A stretch of 64,000 nt of DNA from Spirochaetia bacterium (GCA_034520965.1 JAXHMY010000003.1:608001-672000); one strand, 5' to 3'. Shown: positions 1 to 11,032, numbered from the stretch's first letter. Made by a program: numbers and translations. The notes: generated by a model not told the origin, from the sequence alone.

Positions 1-1
1 T

Positions 2-67
2 GCCGTAGCCCATCCGGATTTCCGGGAAGAACTGACCCAAGGGGCTAAAAAGCTTGGGTATCTTTAA
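2..67 (+). CDS. 3' end (partial) of acetyl-CoA hydrolase/CoA-transferase family protein
   Basis: Frame from base 2 reads AVAHPDFREELTQGAKKLGYL*; AHPDFREEL is the typical C-terminal motif of this family; lies directly upstream of a thiolase. Confidence 0.7.
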   Translation, partial: AVAHPDFREELTQGAKKLGYL

Positions 68-115
68 TATTACAGAAAGCTTTCACATTACATAAGTAAA
101 GAGAGGTATAACTAT

Positions 116-1312
116 ATGAAACGAGTAGCAATTGTGGCCGCCAAACGGACGGCTATCGGCACCTTCGGGGGCATGTTTTCGGGGGTATCGGCGGTTGAGC
201 TGGGGATCCACTCCCTAAAGGCCGCGCTGCGGGACGCAAAGATCGAGCCCAATCAGATTGAAGAGGTTATCGTCGGTAATATTCTTTCCGCCGGATTGGG
301 CCAGAACGTGGCCCGCCAGATCGCTGTTGGGGCGGACATACCAGTCCAAGTTCCAAGTTACGGGATAAATAAACTCTGCGGCTCGGGACTCAAATCCATT
401 ACTCTGGGGGCAACGGAAATTGCCGTGGGCCACTCCGATATTATTGCCGCCGGAGGCACGGAGAACATGACCCAGGCTCCCTATGCCGTACCCAAAGCGC
501 GTTACGGGGCTAAGATGGGCAACACAGAAATGGTGGATCTTATGCTGCGCGACGGTTTGTATGACGTGTTTAACGAGTATCATATGGGAGTAACCGCCGA
601 AAACCTGGCCGACCGGTGGAACATCAGCCGGGAAGAGATGGATATCTTTGCCGCCGAGAGCCAGAATAAGACGGAGGCGGCGGTTGATGCCGGGCGTTTT
701 AAAGCAGAAATCGAACCGATCCAGATCCCCCAACACAAGGGAGAGCCCCTTAACATCGACACCGACGAACATTTCCGGCGCGGGGCAAGCCCGGAGGGGC
801 TGGCCAAACTGAGACCCGCATTTAAAAAAGACGGAAGGGTCACCGCGGGTAATTCTTCGGGCATCAACGACGGTGCGGCCTTTGTGATTCTCATGTCCGA
901 GGAGAAGGCGGGCGCCCTTGGGATAGAGCCGCTGGCCTTTATCAGCGGATTCGGCTCCAGTGGGGTTGACCCGGCGTATATGGGCTACGGTCCGGTTCCG
1001 GCCACCACACTTGCTCTAAAGCGGGCCGGATGGACACTTCAAGATATCCAGCTGGCGGAGCTCAATGAGGCCTTTGCCGCCCAGTCATTGGCGGTGCTCA
1101 AGGGAATGGAGCAGGAGCTGGGCGGAATCGACCCCTCAATTGTGAATGTAAACGGCGGTGCCATCGCCCTAGGACATCCGATAGGCGCTTCGGGAGCCCG
1201 CATTTTGGTGACCCTGCTCCATGAAATGGGCTCGCGGGATGTAAAGAAAGGACTCGCTACCCTTTGTATCGGCGGCGGGCAAGGCATAGCTTTACTCGTG
1301 GAACGGCAATAG
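116..1312 (+). CDS. atoB: acetyl-CoA C-acetyltransferase (thiolase)
   Basis: NKLCGSG (catalytic Cys), [13 protein letters not shown] and CIGGGQG thiolase motifs; GAGAGG RBS. Confidence 0.96.
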   Translation: MKRVAIVAAKRTAIGTFGGMFSGVSAVELGIHSLKAALRDAKIEPNQIEEVIVGNILSAGLGQNVARQIAVGADIPVQVPSYGINKLCGSGLKSITLGATEIAVGHSDIIAAGGTENMTQAPYAVPKARYGAKMGNTEMVDLMLRDGLYDVFNEYHMGVTAENLADRWNISREEMDIFAAESQNKTEAAVDAGRFKAEIEPIQIPQHKGEPLNIDTDEHFRRGASPEGLAKLRPAFKKDGRVTAGNSSGINDGAAFVILMSEEKAGALGIEPLAFISGFGSSGVDPAYMGYGPVPATTLALKRAGWTLQDIQLAELNEAFAAQSLAVLKGMEQELGGIDPSIVNVNGGAIALGHPIGASGARILVTLLHEMGSRDVKKGLATLCIGGGQGIALLVERQ

Positions 1313-1422
1313 GGCTGCACTAAACACCATCCCCGGTACTATCTGCGGCGCATCCGCTCAGTTATACCGGGGGTATGGAAATCACAGCCCTTTCACTCTA
1401 TACTGTGTCTACAATCTGTTAA

Positions 1423-1448
1423 GAAAATAGCCGAATACGGCTATTTTC
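1423..1448. terminator. perfect hairpin, probable intrinsic terminator of the thiolase transcript
   Basis: GAAAATAGCCG-AATA-CGGCTATTTTC, 11-bp stem followed by T-rich sequence; another long imperfect hairpin at 1327-1378. Confidence 0.55.
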
Positions 1449-1458
1449 GTTGTTTCGG

Positions 1459-1488
1459 TTGCCGCGAAGCGGCATGCGAAACTATAAT
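1459..1488 (+). promoter_or_regulatory. sigma70-type promoter of the TetR gene with overlapping palindrome
   Basis: TTGCCG-18nt-TATAAT; palindrome TGCCGC-GAA-GCGGCA (1460-1474) overlaps the -35/spacer. Confidence 0.45.
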
Positions 1489-1510
1489 AGCAAAAGGGGT
1501 TCTACCGGTC

Positions 1511-2638
1511 ATGGGAAAAACAGCAGGTAAAACGGTCACAAGAGAGAGATTGATTCAATCAGCTATAGACCTGTTTTCCAGTTGCTGGTATGAGACGGTG
1601 TCCATCGCAGAGATTTGCCGCAACGCAGGCCTCTCCAACGGAATTTTCTATAACTATTTTGCTAAAAAAGAAGATATTTTCAAGGAGATTCTCGATCGCT
1701 ATCTCGCTATTTTTTCAGACCGGCTTAACCAGACTGTCGAACCGACCATAGAGGGAGAACTAAACCGTTTCTTGAAGGTGATGTTCGAAGTGGGCCGAGA
1801 GCATCGCAAACTGCTTACGGTCTATCGCGAGGGGCAGTACCGGTTTATACGGTATGAAAAAAAGTTTCGGGAAATATGCATGAGCTATTTTACCCGTATG
1901 TACAATCGAGAGATTAATGAAGCGGAGTATATCTTTTTGATTTCCGCAGCCCGCTTTGTGTTTATCCGTTCAATCTATGAACAAACTGATATTGATCTTG
2001 ATAAGCTGCATGCCCTCCTGCTCTACGGATTCTTTACCGAAGAGATCGGCGACCCGAGCCGCATTCTTACCACCGACCACACCCCCCTCCCACCTCCGGA
2101 GGATAGCTCACGCAGCAAGCTTCTTGAAGCCGGCATCAAGCTCTTCGGAAGACGCGGCTATTATAAAGTCAACGTATATGAGGTCGCAAAACAAGCGGGG
2201 TTTTCGGTGGGAACCTTTTACCTCTATTTCCCTACCAAAGAAAAGTTTCTCGCAGAAATAGTCGATACTATCGGCTCACGTACTCGCCACTTCATCTCTA
2301 CCAATCTGGATACCTCCCTGAACCGTACAGAACAGGAAATTCAAGGGATGTACCTCTTTTACCTACACTTTAGATATCATAAGAGTTATTACTCCATTGT
2401 ACTCGAGGCGGAGTTTGTGGTGAACCAAAAGGCTACCGCCTACTATGATAAGTTTGAACAGGGATACCAGAAGACACTCAATCACATAAAAATTGATGAT
2501 AAAAAACTTGTTGCAAATGCCCTTATGGGAATCTCACACTATTTCGGAATCGAATCTATTTTCAGTAAAAATGTATCCGACATCGAAGCGACAATTCTGC
2601 AAATCGGAGAACTACTGCACAAGGGCCTGCGACAATGA
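1511..2638 (+). CDS. TetR/AcrR family regulator with two tandem TetR modules
   Basis: Two HTH signatures: SIAEICRNAGLSNGIFYNYFAKKEDIF and NVYEVAKQAGFSVGTFYLYFPTKEKFL. Confidence 0.9.
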   Translation: MGKTAGKTVTRERLIQSAIDLFSSCWYETVSIAEICRNAGLSNGIFYNYFAKKEDIFKEILDRYLAIFSDRLNQTVEPTIEGELNRFLKVMFEVGREHRKLLTVYREGQYRFIRYEKKFREICMSYFTRMYNREINEAEYIFLISAARFVFIRSIYEQTDIDLDKLHALLLYGFFTEEIGDPSRILTTDHTPLPPPEDSSRSKLLEAGIKLFGRRGYYKVNVYEVAKQAGFSVGTFYLYFPTKEKFLAEIVDTIGSRTRHFISTNLDTSLNRTEQEIQGMYLFYLHFRYHKSYYSIVLEAEFVVNQKATAYYDKFEQGYQKTLNHIKIDDKKLVANALMGISHYFGIESIFSKNVSDIEATILQIGELLHKGLRQ

Positions 2639-2651
2639 GGAGGGAAGTATA

Positions 2652-3422
2652 ATGAAAACTCAGACGGTCAAGGTAAATGGAATCGATATCGCCTACAACA
2701 CTTCCGGGTCAGGAATGCCTTTGTTGTATATCCACGGAAACACAGGATCTAAGCTATGGTTCGAAAGGGTTATGGAAATCGAAGGGGTGTGCACCTTTGC
2801 CCCGGACATGCCAAACTTTGGAGAATCAGAGCGTCTCTCCACAGCCGATATCGACGAGTACGCCGATTATATGCGTGATTTCATCTTAACTCTTAAACTG
2901 TCCACCCCCCTCCCTGTAGTAGGACACTCACTGGGAGGGGCCGTAGCTATATCCCTGGGGCTGCGTAACCCCGAACTGATCTCCCGGCTTATTCTGGTGG
3001 ACTCCGCACCCATGGACGGCCTAAAAACCCCTGAAGAATACTACCCCGTTATCGAACAATACAAAACCGACCAAAACTTGCTACAGCAGGCACTCCAGGC
3101 AGTTACTCCCACTATGGATGACCCCGGTTTTCTTGAAAAGCTGGCAGAACAGGCGATGAAAATGAACCCGATAGCCTTTGCCGGCAATGCCCGTGCCCTT
3201 GAACGATTTAACTACCAGGGGAAGGGAGCGCAGTTCGACAAACCCGTCCTGGTGATAGTAGGCGAGAAGGATGTTATCATCAGCCGGGATATGGCGAAAG
3301 CGACCGCGGACGCCTTTCCTAAGGGAGAACTTAGAGTGCTTGAAGGCGTCGGCCATTCTGTGATGGTCGAGGATCCGAACACGTTTATCTCCCTTGTCGA
3401 AGAAAATATTCGGGCACGCTGA
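2652..3422 (+). CDS. alpha/beta fold hydrolase
   Basis: IHG oxyanion motif, GHSLGG nucleophile, GEKD and GH catalytic residues; start reassigned to ATG 2652 after GAGGAGGG RBS. Confidence 0.9.
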   Translation: MKTQTVKVNGIDIAYNTSGSGMPLLYIHGNTGSKLWFERVMEIEGVCTFAPDMPNFGESERLSTADIDEYADYMRDFILTLKLSTPLPVVGHSLGGAVAISLGLRNPELISRLILVDSAPMDGLKTPEEYYPVIEQYKTDQNLLQQALQAVTPTMDDPGFLEKLAEQAMKMNPIAFAGNARALERFNYQGKGAQFDKPVLVIVGEKDVIISRDMAKATADAFPKGELRVLEGVGHSVMVEDPNTFISLVEENIRAR

Positions 3423-3442
3423 GATTCCTTCGGGATTTGTAA

Positions 3443-3925
3443 ATGAATAAGAAAAAGTCGGCTAAGAAAAGTGTTAAAAAGAGGCTGGGCGCCGGAATCG
3501 CAGTTGCAGTGGCCATCATTCTGCTGTCCACCCGTATGGGCCTTGTATCGATAATTCACCAGGGTGATCCGCCGAAGGCTGCCGAGCTCTGCAGTGAAGC
3601 CATCCCGTGGCGGGAGGTGTGGAACGCGCCCGAGCAGTACCGGGGAGAGGTGGTCGCGGTGAAAGGCACAGTTGCGACCACCGCCTTTATTTCCGGTATG
3701 AAAGGAAAACCGACCTTTATCAACCTCGGCAATCCCCATCCCCGCACACCCCGTTTCGAAATTCTCATTTGGGAAGAAAACCGCCCTTCCTTCCTGGCCG
3801 GCCTGCCCGCGCCCCCCGAACTGCAGTTCGACCAGCAAAGCATCTGTGTGGCGGGAACCGTGGAATTACACGAGGGGGTCCCGCAGATTGAAATCCGGGA
3901 TCCGGTGCAGATAATGCAGCAGTAA
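3443..3925 (+). CDS. membrane-anchored hypothetical protein, OB-fold-like
   Basis: Basic N-terminus plus one TM; GEVVAVKGTV...TFINLG...ICVAGTVELHEGVPQIEI resembles OB-fold proteins. Confidence 0.6.
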   Translation: MNKKKSAKKSVKKRLGAGIAVAVAIILLSTRMGLVSIIHQGDPPKAAELCSEAIPWREVWNAPEQYRGEVVAVKGTVATTAFISGMKGKPTFINLGNPHPRTPRFEILIWEENRPSFLAGLPAPPELQFDQQSICVAGTVELHEGVPQIEIRDPVQIMQQ

Positions 3926-3970
3926 TGTGGTCTGATAGTTTTCCGTTCAACTTGAAGCTTGCTTCTTATT

Positions 3971-5476
3971 TCATTTAGGGGCTGATGGGGGGTCGGCGGT
4001 ATCTACTTTTTCGATGCGCTTGATGCCCTTGCCGTCAACCACCAAACGCACCCGCTCGATAAAGCTGGTATCATCACCCTGGTACCATACCACCAAATTC
4101 AAATGGTAAATACGCTTTACGGGAATAATCTTTTTTACATACCCCTCGGAAACCAGAGGAACCTCGCGACTCTGCACAGTAAGATAGCGCAACAGCCTTC
4201 GCACACTTATAATATTGATATCCGCAACTCCCTTAATCCGGGAGTGCAGCTTTCTAATTGATGTGGCGTTCAAACGGATATTCTTCTCGTACACAAGCAC
4301 ACTCTCAGAAGCAGTGGTAGCCAGAAAGCGTTCAAAGGAGCCGCGGCTCCTCATTTTGCGAATTTGCAGGGGCAGTTTATTAATATCGCTAAAAGCTACC
4401 CGCTCCTTTATATACGCCATTTTTTGCTTGTGCCGCGGGTCATACACCTTTACTCCCCGGTCATAAAAATGGGCACCGATCGATTTACTAAACAGATCTC
4501 TAAACACGTCCTTTAACCTGTCTTTGAGCATGTAACTTGCTATCAATAGAATAAACAGAGAGGTACTTAAATTACCAAAGGTAGTTTGGCCTAAAAAAGC
4601 TATAGCTGTGGCAAAGAACATAGCAATTCCGGCTGCGATTGCGTAGAGGATATGCTCGACCCGCTTCCCTTGATATTTCCTGCGGACATTAAAAAAGAGG
4701 ACCTCACTGGCATATCTCTTAAGAATTTTTGCTCGATATACATATTCCTCGTAGTCCCGCTGGGACTCGCTGGTCCCGCTGACGGAAGTATACCCGCAGG
4801 CCTTCCGGTACTCCATCTCCTGGTATATCAATTTTTCCAGCAGATGGGCGGTTTCTTCCCCTGAATGCACACGGCTATGCACCAAATCTAACAGCCAGAG
4901 TAAATGTCTCTCCAACTCCAGTGAAATATATTCATCAATCAGCAGAGTATGATAGTGAAAATCTTCCGAAAACTTGGCAGAGGTCTTAGTGAGTTCGTGA
5001 AACTGTTTGACCGGACCGGCCATATCGGCCATCATCGATTCAATTTCAGCCCCCCGGTTTTCAGGCTCTTCCCGCCGCAGTCGCTTACGAATACTGTTGT
5101 AAGAGTCCCGCAACACCGACTTATACACACTTCCGCAAAGCTTTGTCTCATACACGTAGTCCTGCATATCCGGCTCATGGCCCTCTTGCAGCGCCTGTTC
5201 AAGTATCGTCGAACTTTTTACAAAAGGCGAATTCTCCTCGGAGCGCAGCTCTTCGAGGGTAAATACCGGGGTATTAAACCGCAGGTACAGCTTCTGATCC
5301 TCGTAAAAGTGATCCTTTGGGTAACTTGTGGAGTTGATATTAAAGGAGTACGGGAAAAACAGGTAGAACTTGATATTGAAATAGTTTCTTCGTTTCTTAA
5401 CCTGCCGGTGTATGAAATAACGAAACTTTAATTCCACCGAATAACGTCCATGACGCCGAATGATATATCGCTTCAT
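3971..5476 (-). CDS. hypothetical protein with two central TM helices
   Basis: 501-aa ORF, hydrophobic hairpin ILYAIAAGIAMFFATAIAF / LSTSLFILLIASYML; no recognisable catalytic motif. Confidence 0.7.
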   Translation of the reverse strand: MKRYIIRRHGRYSVELKFRYFIHRQVKKRRNYFNIKFYLFFPYSFNINSTSYPKDHFYEDQKLYLRFNTPVFTLEELRSEENSPFVKSSTILEQALQEGHEPDMQDYVYETKLCGSVYKSVLRDSYNSIRKRLRREEPENRGAEIESMMADMAGPVKQFHELTKTSAKFSEDFHYHTLLIDEYISLELERHLLWLLDLVHSRVHSGEETAHLLEKLIYQEMEYRKACGYTSVSGTSESQRDYEEYVYRAKILKRYASEVLFFNVRRKYQGKRVEHILYAIAAGIAMFFATAIAFLGQTTFGNLSTSLFILLIASYMLKDRLKDVFRDLFSKSIGAHFYDRGVKVYDPRHKQKMAYIKERVAFSDINKLPLQIRKMRSRGSFERFLATTASESVLVYEKNIRLNATSIRKLHSRIKGVADINIISVRRLLRYLTVQSREVPLVSEGYVKKIIPVKRIYHLNLVVWYQGDDTSFIERVRLVVDGKGIKRIEKVDTADPPSAPK

Positions 5477-5596
5477 AAGCGTGTAGTATACAAATTATCA
5501 CCCAAAGATGCCACTGCTACCAGCTCCAAAAGTTTCTGGGGAGGACTCCGAATGCAGCCGGGAGCTGGAAGTGACCGCCCTCTACTTTGACCTCGA

Positions 5597-6259
5597 TCAG
5601 AATTGAGGCCGCCGCAGCACCACGCTGCGGCCGGAGATAATCTCCACCAGCTCCATCCCCAGCATCTCTGCAAGCACCTGAAAGCTGCGGGGCGAATAAA
5701 AACAGACATGGGTGGGGTCCTGCCGGTACCACCAGCTGCGAAAACGCTCCCGGTCGCAGTAATGCAGCAGGGTCCGCAGCACCAAATACCCGCCGGGTTG
5801 AAGCACCCCCTGCAACCGCCTAAACTCATAGAGGGGCTCGAACAAGTGTTCGGCCACCTCCACCGCGGTCACCGCATCATACTTTTTTCCTTGCCAGGCC
5901 TTGCCCGGAGCAAACAGGGGGTCAAAGATATCGACGGAATAGCCCATCCCCCGCAGCACATCCGCGTACACGGGCTGGGGACCGCTGCCGAAATCCAGCA
6001 CCTTTGCAGGCGGCCCCATGTAGGGCAAAAGGGCCTCCTCGGCAAAACCCCGCAGGTAGGCAAGGTAGCGCGGGTCATCGGGCGAGTTATTGTGTTCCAG
6101 GTAACGGCTCCGCTCCCCCTCGGCATCCGGGCGCTGCCGAGGATCGAGAAAGACAAGGTCGCACTGAGTGCAGCGGTAGTAGCAAGCCGATTCAAGACGC
6201 AGCCACTCTTCACCGCTGTCCGCCAAGCTGCTGCCGCACAGGGGGCACAAAAATAACAT
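5597..6259 (-). CDS. class I SAM-dependent methyltransferase with N-terminal Zn ribbon
   Basis: CPLC...CTQC, VLDFGSG SAM motif, EVAEH, WWYRQDPTHVCFYS. Confidence 0.88.
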   Translation of the reverse strand: MLFLCPLCGSSLADSGEEWLRLESACYYRCTQCDLVFLDPRQRPDAEGERSRYLEHNNSPDDPRYLAYLRGFAEEALLPYMGPPAKVLDFGSGPQPVYADVLRGMGYSVDIFDPLFAPGKAWQGKKYDAVTAVEVAEHLFEPLYEFRRLQGVLQPGGYLVLRTLLHYCDRERFRSWWYRQDPTHVCFYSPRSFQVLAEMLGMELVEIISGRSVVLRRPQF

Positions 6260-6474
6260 GTAGCCACCCTATCATATGCACATCTCTTATTGAACCAACA
6301 ATTCACAGTTTGGACAGTGCATTGCACTATACAGTTTGACCAGACCGGCTTTTTTGGCTAAAGATAGACATTTCGCGGCTCAATTCACCTTCGCGAAACA
6401 AGAATTCGCCTGAAGTGAAACGTTGATATTTAGTCTCTTTAGAACTCATAACCCCTCACAACTCGCTATGATTC

Positions 6475-6711
6475 TCAGTAACTCAGTTTTTCGTTTTCCA
6501 TCTGCTCAATAAATTTATTCAGCAGATCATTGTCGGCTTCTACTTTGAGAATAGGGTCCAAATTCCTAAATAAAGTGATAATCTTTGCCCCCCGGATGGT
6601 TTCATCTTTCTGTTGAGGTATAAAGATTTTGGATAGATCACGATATTCCCGTTTTATTCGTTCGATTTCAGCCTTGATTTCTGCATTGCTCACCAGTTCA
6701 ATGTACCGCAT
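6475..6711 (-). CDS. small hypothetical protein
   Basis: 78-aa AT-rich ORF from ATG 6711 preceded by GGAGA. Confidence 0.5.
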   Translation of the reverse strand: MRYIELVSNAEIKAEIERIKREYRDLSKIFIPQQKDETIRGAKIITLFRNLDPILKVEADNDLLNKFIEQMENEKLSY

Positions 6712-6729
6712 TGTGTTCTCCAATCGTTT

Positions 6730-6768
6730 AAAAAGCGAGACCGAGTAATTTTCTACAACTCGGTCTCA
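6730..6768 (-). terminator. intrinsic terminator after the 6802-7404 gene
   Basis: GAGACCGAG/CTCGGTCTC 9-bp stem with T-run on minus strand. Confidence 0.6.
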
Positions 6769-6801
6769 CTACGCATTTGCTCAGATCAATAGTTCTAAAA
6801 A

Positions 6802-7404
6802 TTATCTGTCGGCATTTGAGGTAGCAGAGGCGCTCCCCCCGGCCGGGCTGTCTTCGACCGCCGAAGCAGCCTTTTCCTCTCCAGCGTCGGCTGCCTTTTT
6901 CTGCTCGGATGCCTGCCTCTTCGCAGCATTGCGGGCTTCGTTGCTGACAGTATTTCGAACGATTTCGCCCAAGTTTTCAGTCTGATCGCCGCTTTTCCAC
7001 TCTTCAATCTGTCCCAGCATAGTGCGGACCGCTTCGAGGGTTGCTTGGGCAACAACTGACTCCTCATAGTTCTCTTCCTCGAGGCGAACTGAGTTTTGCG
7101 CCAGCTCCAGGGCCAACTCTGCCTGCTGACCAGGTTCCAAATCGGCGTTTTCACGGTCTGCATAGGCCAGGGCACGGGCCACTACCTGTGCATCGGCCCC
7201 CTCGGCGGGCTCCCACGAAAATTCACCGGATGCTTCGATTATTGCCTGAACTTCACTCTCGGTGAATTCAGTGTTTTCCAGAGCTGTTTCCAGCCTGTCG
7301 AGGAACGCTTCCTCACTCGTTTCCTGATTTCCTCCGGCAAATACCGCAGGAACAGCAACCAAAGTAACCAGTAGAATTGCAAAAATGAATACATGTTTTT
7401 TCAT
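6802..7404 (-). CDS. secreted acidic helical hypothetical protein
   Basis: Signal peptide ending AVFA-GGNQE; AAGGAGG RBS; Glu/Ala-rich. Confidence 0.75.
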   Translation of the reverse strand: MKKHVFIFAILLVTLVAVPAVFAGGNQETSEEAFLDRLETALENTEFTESEVQAIIEASGEFSWEPAEGADAQVVARALAYADRENADLEPGQQAELALELAQNSVRLEEENYEESVVAQATLEAVRTMLGQIEEWKSGDQTENLGEIVRNTVSNEARNAAKRQASEQKKAADAGEEKAASAVEDSPAGGSASATSNADR

Positions 7405-7495
7405 AGTATTGCCTCCTTCTCTGTTATAGATATACGCACAGTCGCCCGGGAGGTTTCAGAAAAAACGTATTTTTATGCTCCCACATATTTACAGA

Positions 7496-7963
7496 CTAGA
7501 GCTGCTCCAGTAGATCACTCATCTCAAGCACGCTCATGGCCGTATCCCAGCCCTTGTTGCCGGCTTTGGTGCCGGCCCGATCGACCGCCTGCTCGACGGT
7601 GTCGGTAGTAAGAATACCGAAGCCGATAGGGGTACCGGCTGACAGCGAAAGTGAGGCAATGCCCTTGCTCACCTCGGCGGCCACATAGTCGAAATGGGGT
7701 GTCTCGCCCCGGATTACCGCCCCCAGGCAAATGACCGCATCATAATTGCCCGAGGCCACCACTTTTTTGGCCGCGAGCGGTATTTCCCAGGCCCCCGGCA
7801 CGCGGACGGCGGTAATATCATCTTCCTGCACCCCATGGCGCACGAGACAGTCCGCCGCTCCTTCGAGCAGGCGCTCGGTAACAAATGAATTGAACCGACT
7901 CAGAACAACGGCGAATTTTCTCTTCTCCCCGTTCAATTTTCCTTCAATCTGTTTGATTTTCAT
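7496..7963 (-). CDS. ribH: 6,7-dimethyl-8-ribityllumazine synthase
   Basis: [31 protein letters not shown] motifs. Confidence 0.97.
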   Translation of the reverse strand: MKIKQIEGKLNGEKRKFAVVLSRFNSFVTERLLEGAADCLVRHGVQEDDITAVRVPGAWEIPLAAKKVVASGNYDAVICLGAVIRGETPHFDYVAAEVSKGIASLSLSAGTPIGFGILTTDTVEQAVDRAGTKAGNKGWDTAMSVLEMSDLLEQL

Positions 7964-9165
7964 AGGTGAACTCCTTCTAAGGTATGACCGAATTTTTCTA
8001 TTTTAGTGGTAAGGTACCGCAGGTTCTCCGGCCGTACACCAACCACTAGGTTTTCTCTGTTTTCAATGTGGATGCCGATATTTCGCAGGGCTTGCTCTTT
8101 TTCCGGATTATTGGTGAGCAGCCGTACAGAGGAATAGCCGCGCTGCTTGAGCACCGCCGCAGCCGCTCCGAAACGGCGGGCATCGGCGGCATGGCCTAAC
8201 GCCAGGTTGGCCTCGACAGTATCGGCCCCCGCATCCTGCAGCGCGTAGGCCTTGATTTTTTCAGCCAGGCCGATTCCGCGCCCCTCTTGCTTGAGGTACA
8301 CCAGGGCGCCGCCCTCACTGCCGATTCGCGTGAGGGCAGTCTGCAGCTGCGGTCCGCACTCGCAGCGCACGCTTCCAAAAATTTCCCCCGTAGCGCACTC
8401 CGAGTGAATTCGCACCACCGGACTCTTTGTCGGCCGGGTGCTCTCCAGCAGCACCATATCGCCCGACGCCGGGTCCTCGCTGATGTAGGTCATAATGCGA
8501 AACTCACCGTACTCGGTTGGCAGGGCGCTCTCGCTCTGAAGAGTGACTTTTACATCGCCGACAGCATCGCGATAGCGGATCAGCTCCTCGACGGAGACCA
8601 TCAACAGCCCGTGACGTTCGGCAAAACGCTCCAAGTCGGGAACCCGGGCCATGCTGCCGTCATCATTCATTATTTCGCAAATTACGCCGCTCGGGCTGTG
8701 TCCCGACAGGCGGGCCAGGTCGACTGCCGCTTCGGTGTGTCCCTTGCGCTCGAACACCCCGCCGTCTTTGGCAATCAGCGGAAAGATGTGGCCGGGCCGC
8801 TGCAGATCTTTATCTGTGGTTCCCGCTTCGGCCAGGGCATTAACCGTGCGGGCCCGTTCATGGGCTGAAATACCGGTGCTCGAGCTCGTATGGTCAACGC
8901 TCACCGTAAAGGCAGTCCCGTGGGGATCGCTGCTGCGGTCGGTCATCAGCGGAAGTTCAAGCTCAGCAGCCCTTTCGGCGGTGATCGGCTGGCAGATAAG
9001 ACCCCGCCCATAGGTGGCCATAAAATTGATGGTTTCTGAGGTGGCCTTTTCAGCAACCGCAATCAGATCGCCTTCATTTTCCCGCTCGAAATCATCTACT
9101 ACTATTATCATTTCGCCCCGCTCTAAGGCCTCCAGTGCGCGGGTAATCCCTTCAAAATTATTCAT
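7960..9165 (-). CDS. ribBA: bifunctional DHBP synthase / GTP cyclohydrolase II
   Basis: [23 protein letters not shown] (RibB); [35 protein letters not shown] (RibA); start at ATG 9165 after AGGAG. Confidence 0.96.
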   Translation of the reverse strand: MNNFEGITRALEALERGEMIIVVDDFERENEGDLIAVAEKATSETINFMATYGRGLICQPITAERAAELELPLMTDRSSDPHGTAFTVSVDHTSSSTGISAHERARTVNALAEAGTTDKDLQRPGHIFPLIAKDGGVFERKGHTEAAVDLARLSGHSPSGVICEIMNDDGSMARVPDLERFAERHGLLMVSVEELIRYRDAVGDVKVTLQSESALPTEYGEFRIMTYISEDPASGDMVLLESTRPTKSPVVRIHSECATGEIFGSVRCECGPQLQTALTRIGSEGGALVYLKQEGRGIGLAEKIKAYALQDAGADTVEANLALGHAADARRFGAAAAVLKQRGYSSVRLLTNNPEKEQALRNIGIHIENRENLVVGVRPENLRYLTTKIEKFGHTLEGVHL

Positions 9166-9775
9166 GCCGTACTCCTGTGTACTGTTTTTGACTTGTGAGT
9201 AATCGCTCAACGTAACGGGCCATGATATCAACCTCGATGTTTACACGGTCCCCCTGTCGTCTATCTGAAAGTACCGTCTCGCGCCAGGTGGTGGGTATCA
9301 CATTAAGTGTGATGCGGCTGCCCCGCAGCGCTGCAATGGTAAGGCTGATTCCCTCCACCGCAACCGAACCCTCGGAAACGCAGTAGCGCGCCAGTTCCTG
9401 CGGCAGGACCAACTCAACATACACGTTTTCACCTCTGCGCTGCACTGCGGTGATACGCGCCAGCCCGTCTACATGCCCCTGCACTACATGGCCTCCCATG
9501 CGGGCGCCGGCCTGCAGGGCACGCTCCAGATTTACCCGCGAACCGGCTTTCAAACTGCCGAGGCTGGTTTTCTGGAGGGAAACTTCTAAAGTTTCCACTG
9601 AAAAACCGTCGGCATGCAGTTCGGTTACGGTTTGACATACACCGTTCACCGCTACAGAATCGCCGAGTTTTAGGTCGTCCAGCACTTTCTGTGCGTTTAT
9701 CCGCAACAGCTGGTAGACACCCCGGCGGTTGACCCGGCCGACTACCCCCACTTCCTCAACGAGTCCCGTAAACAT
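9158..9775 (-). CDS. ribE: riboflavin synthase (alpha chain)
   Basis: MFTGLVEEVG N-terminus, GDSVAVNGVCQTV, GGHVVQGHVDG, VNIEVD. Confidence 0.97.
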   Translation of the reverse strand: MFTGLVEEVGVVGRVNRRGVYQLLRINAQKVLDDLKLGDSVAVNGVCQTVTELHADGFSVETLEVSLQKTSLGSLKAGSRVNLERALQAGARMGGHVVQGHVDGLARITAVQRRGENVYVELVLPQELARYCVSEGSVAVEGISLTIAALRGSRITLNVIPTTWRETVLSDRRQGDRVNIEVDIMARYVERLLTSQKQYTGVRHE

Positions 9776-10979
9776 GCAATTCCTCCTTGACCGATCGGCT
9801 CACCGATTCGAACCAGCCGCTTCTAAACCCGCTGATTACCGCCTGTGGGCCGATGCTTCGGGTTTCTACCCGCTCCAGCTGCACTGCTTCGGAGATTCTC
9901 TCCGTGTGTAGAGTGCCCAGTCCGCGACCGTCGCCGCCGATCAGAATCGGTGCAATGTAAAGATTCATGGCGTCCCAGAGTCCTGCGTTTATGAAAGAAG
10001 TGATAACCTGAGCACCGCCTTCCACCATGACCGATTGAATTTTTAATTGATACAGCTCATCCAGAACGTGTATCAGGGAGAGTTGCCGCTTGTTCGCAGC
10101 AGGAACTCTACGGATGTGCACACCGGCAGCAGTAAGCTTGTCTACCCGCTTATGAAATGCTGCGCTTTCTGCATACGAAAGAGAAGCGAGGGCGGTTTCG
10201 TCGGCAACACACAATATGAGATCTTCGGCCCGCAGCTGCACGAGTTTGGATGTGAGGGGTGTCCGTGCCAATGCATCCAGCACCACCGCCTTGGGCTGTT
10301 TAGAGTTTACGGCATCATCCTTGCGTGCAAGTCGCACGTTCAGCAGCGGATCATCAGCATGTACCGTACCAGCGCCGACTAACACGGCGTCGTGATCGGA
10401 GCGCAGGTGGTGGACCTCGCTGCGGGCCTGGGCATCGGTAATCCATTTTGAGTCGCCTTGACCGGTAGCGATCTTGCCGTCGAGGGACTGGGCAAGCTTC
10501 AGTCTCACAAAGGGCCGTTTAAGGGCATGGGCGGTGTTGAAGCGTGCATTCTGATACCACAGGCTCCGTGACAACTCTTCATCCGCAGCAATCTCTACCT
10601 CGATACCGGCACGACGCAGCTGTTCCACTCCGCGGCCGCGTACCCGGCTGTTCGGATCGAGCTGTCCGATAACCACCCGACTTACATCTGCACGTATAAT
10701 TTTGGCAGTGCATGGTTCATTGTGTTTATCCGGCGCAGTGAAGGAACAGGGTTCGAGGGTACAGTAAAGCGTAGAACCCCGCGCCAGCTCACCGGCCCTC
10801 TCAAGGGCCAGCGCTTCGGCATGAGGGCCTCCGTACCTGGCGTGATAACCCTCCGCCACAATTTCCGCCTCCCGGACGAGTACCGCCCCGACCTTCGGAT
10901 TCGGACGGACCGCGCTTCCGCCCAGCTTCAACAGAGAATCTGCAGCAGAAAGAAACAACTGATCTTGATGTGTGAACAT
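9756..10979 (-). CDS. ribD: diaminohydroxyphosphoribosylaminopyrimidine deaminase / reductase
   Basis: PNPKVGA, HAE, TLEPC...C deaminase; SLDGKIA, DDPLL, VEGG reductase; start reassigned to ATG 10979. Confidence 0.95.
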   Translation of the reverse strand: MFTHQDQLFLSAADSLLKLGGSAVRPNPKVGAVLVREAEIVAEGYHARYGGPHAEALALERAGELARGSTLYCTLEPCSFTAPDKHNEPCTAKIIRADVSRVVIGQLDPNSRVRGRGVEQLRRAGIEVEIAADEELSRSLWYQNARFNTAHALKRPFVRLKLAQSLDGKIATGQGDSKWITDAQARSEVHHLRSDHDAVLVGAGTVHADDPLLNVRLARKDDAVNSKQPKAVVLDALARTPLTSKLVQLRAEDLILCVADETALASLSYAESAAFHKRVDKLTAAGVHIRRVPAANKRQLSLIHVLDELYQLKIQSVMVEGGAQVITSFINAGLWDAMNLYIAPILIGGDGRGLGTLHTERISEAVQLERVETRSIGPQAVISGFRSGWFESVSRSVKEELHVYGTR

Positions 10980-11032
10980 GAACCCCCCTATCGGGGAGGG
11001 AGGATAAGAGAAGCTGGTTTGTATGCAGACAT

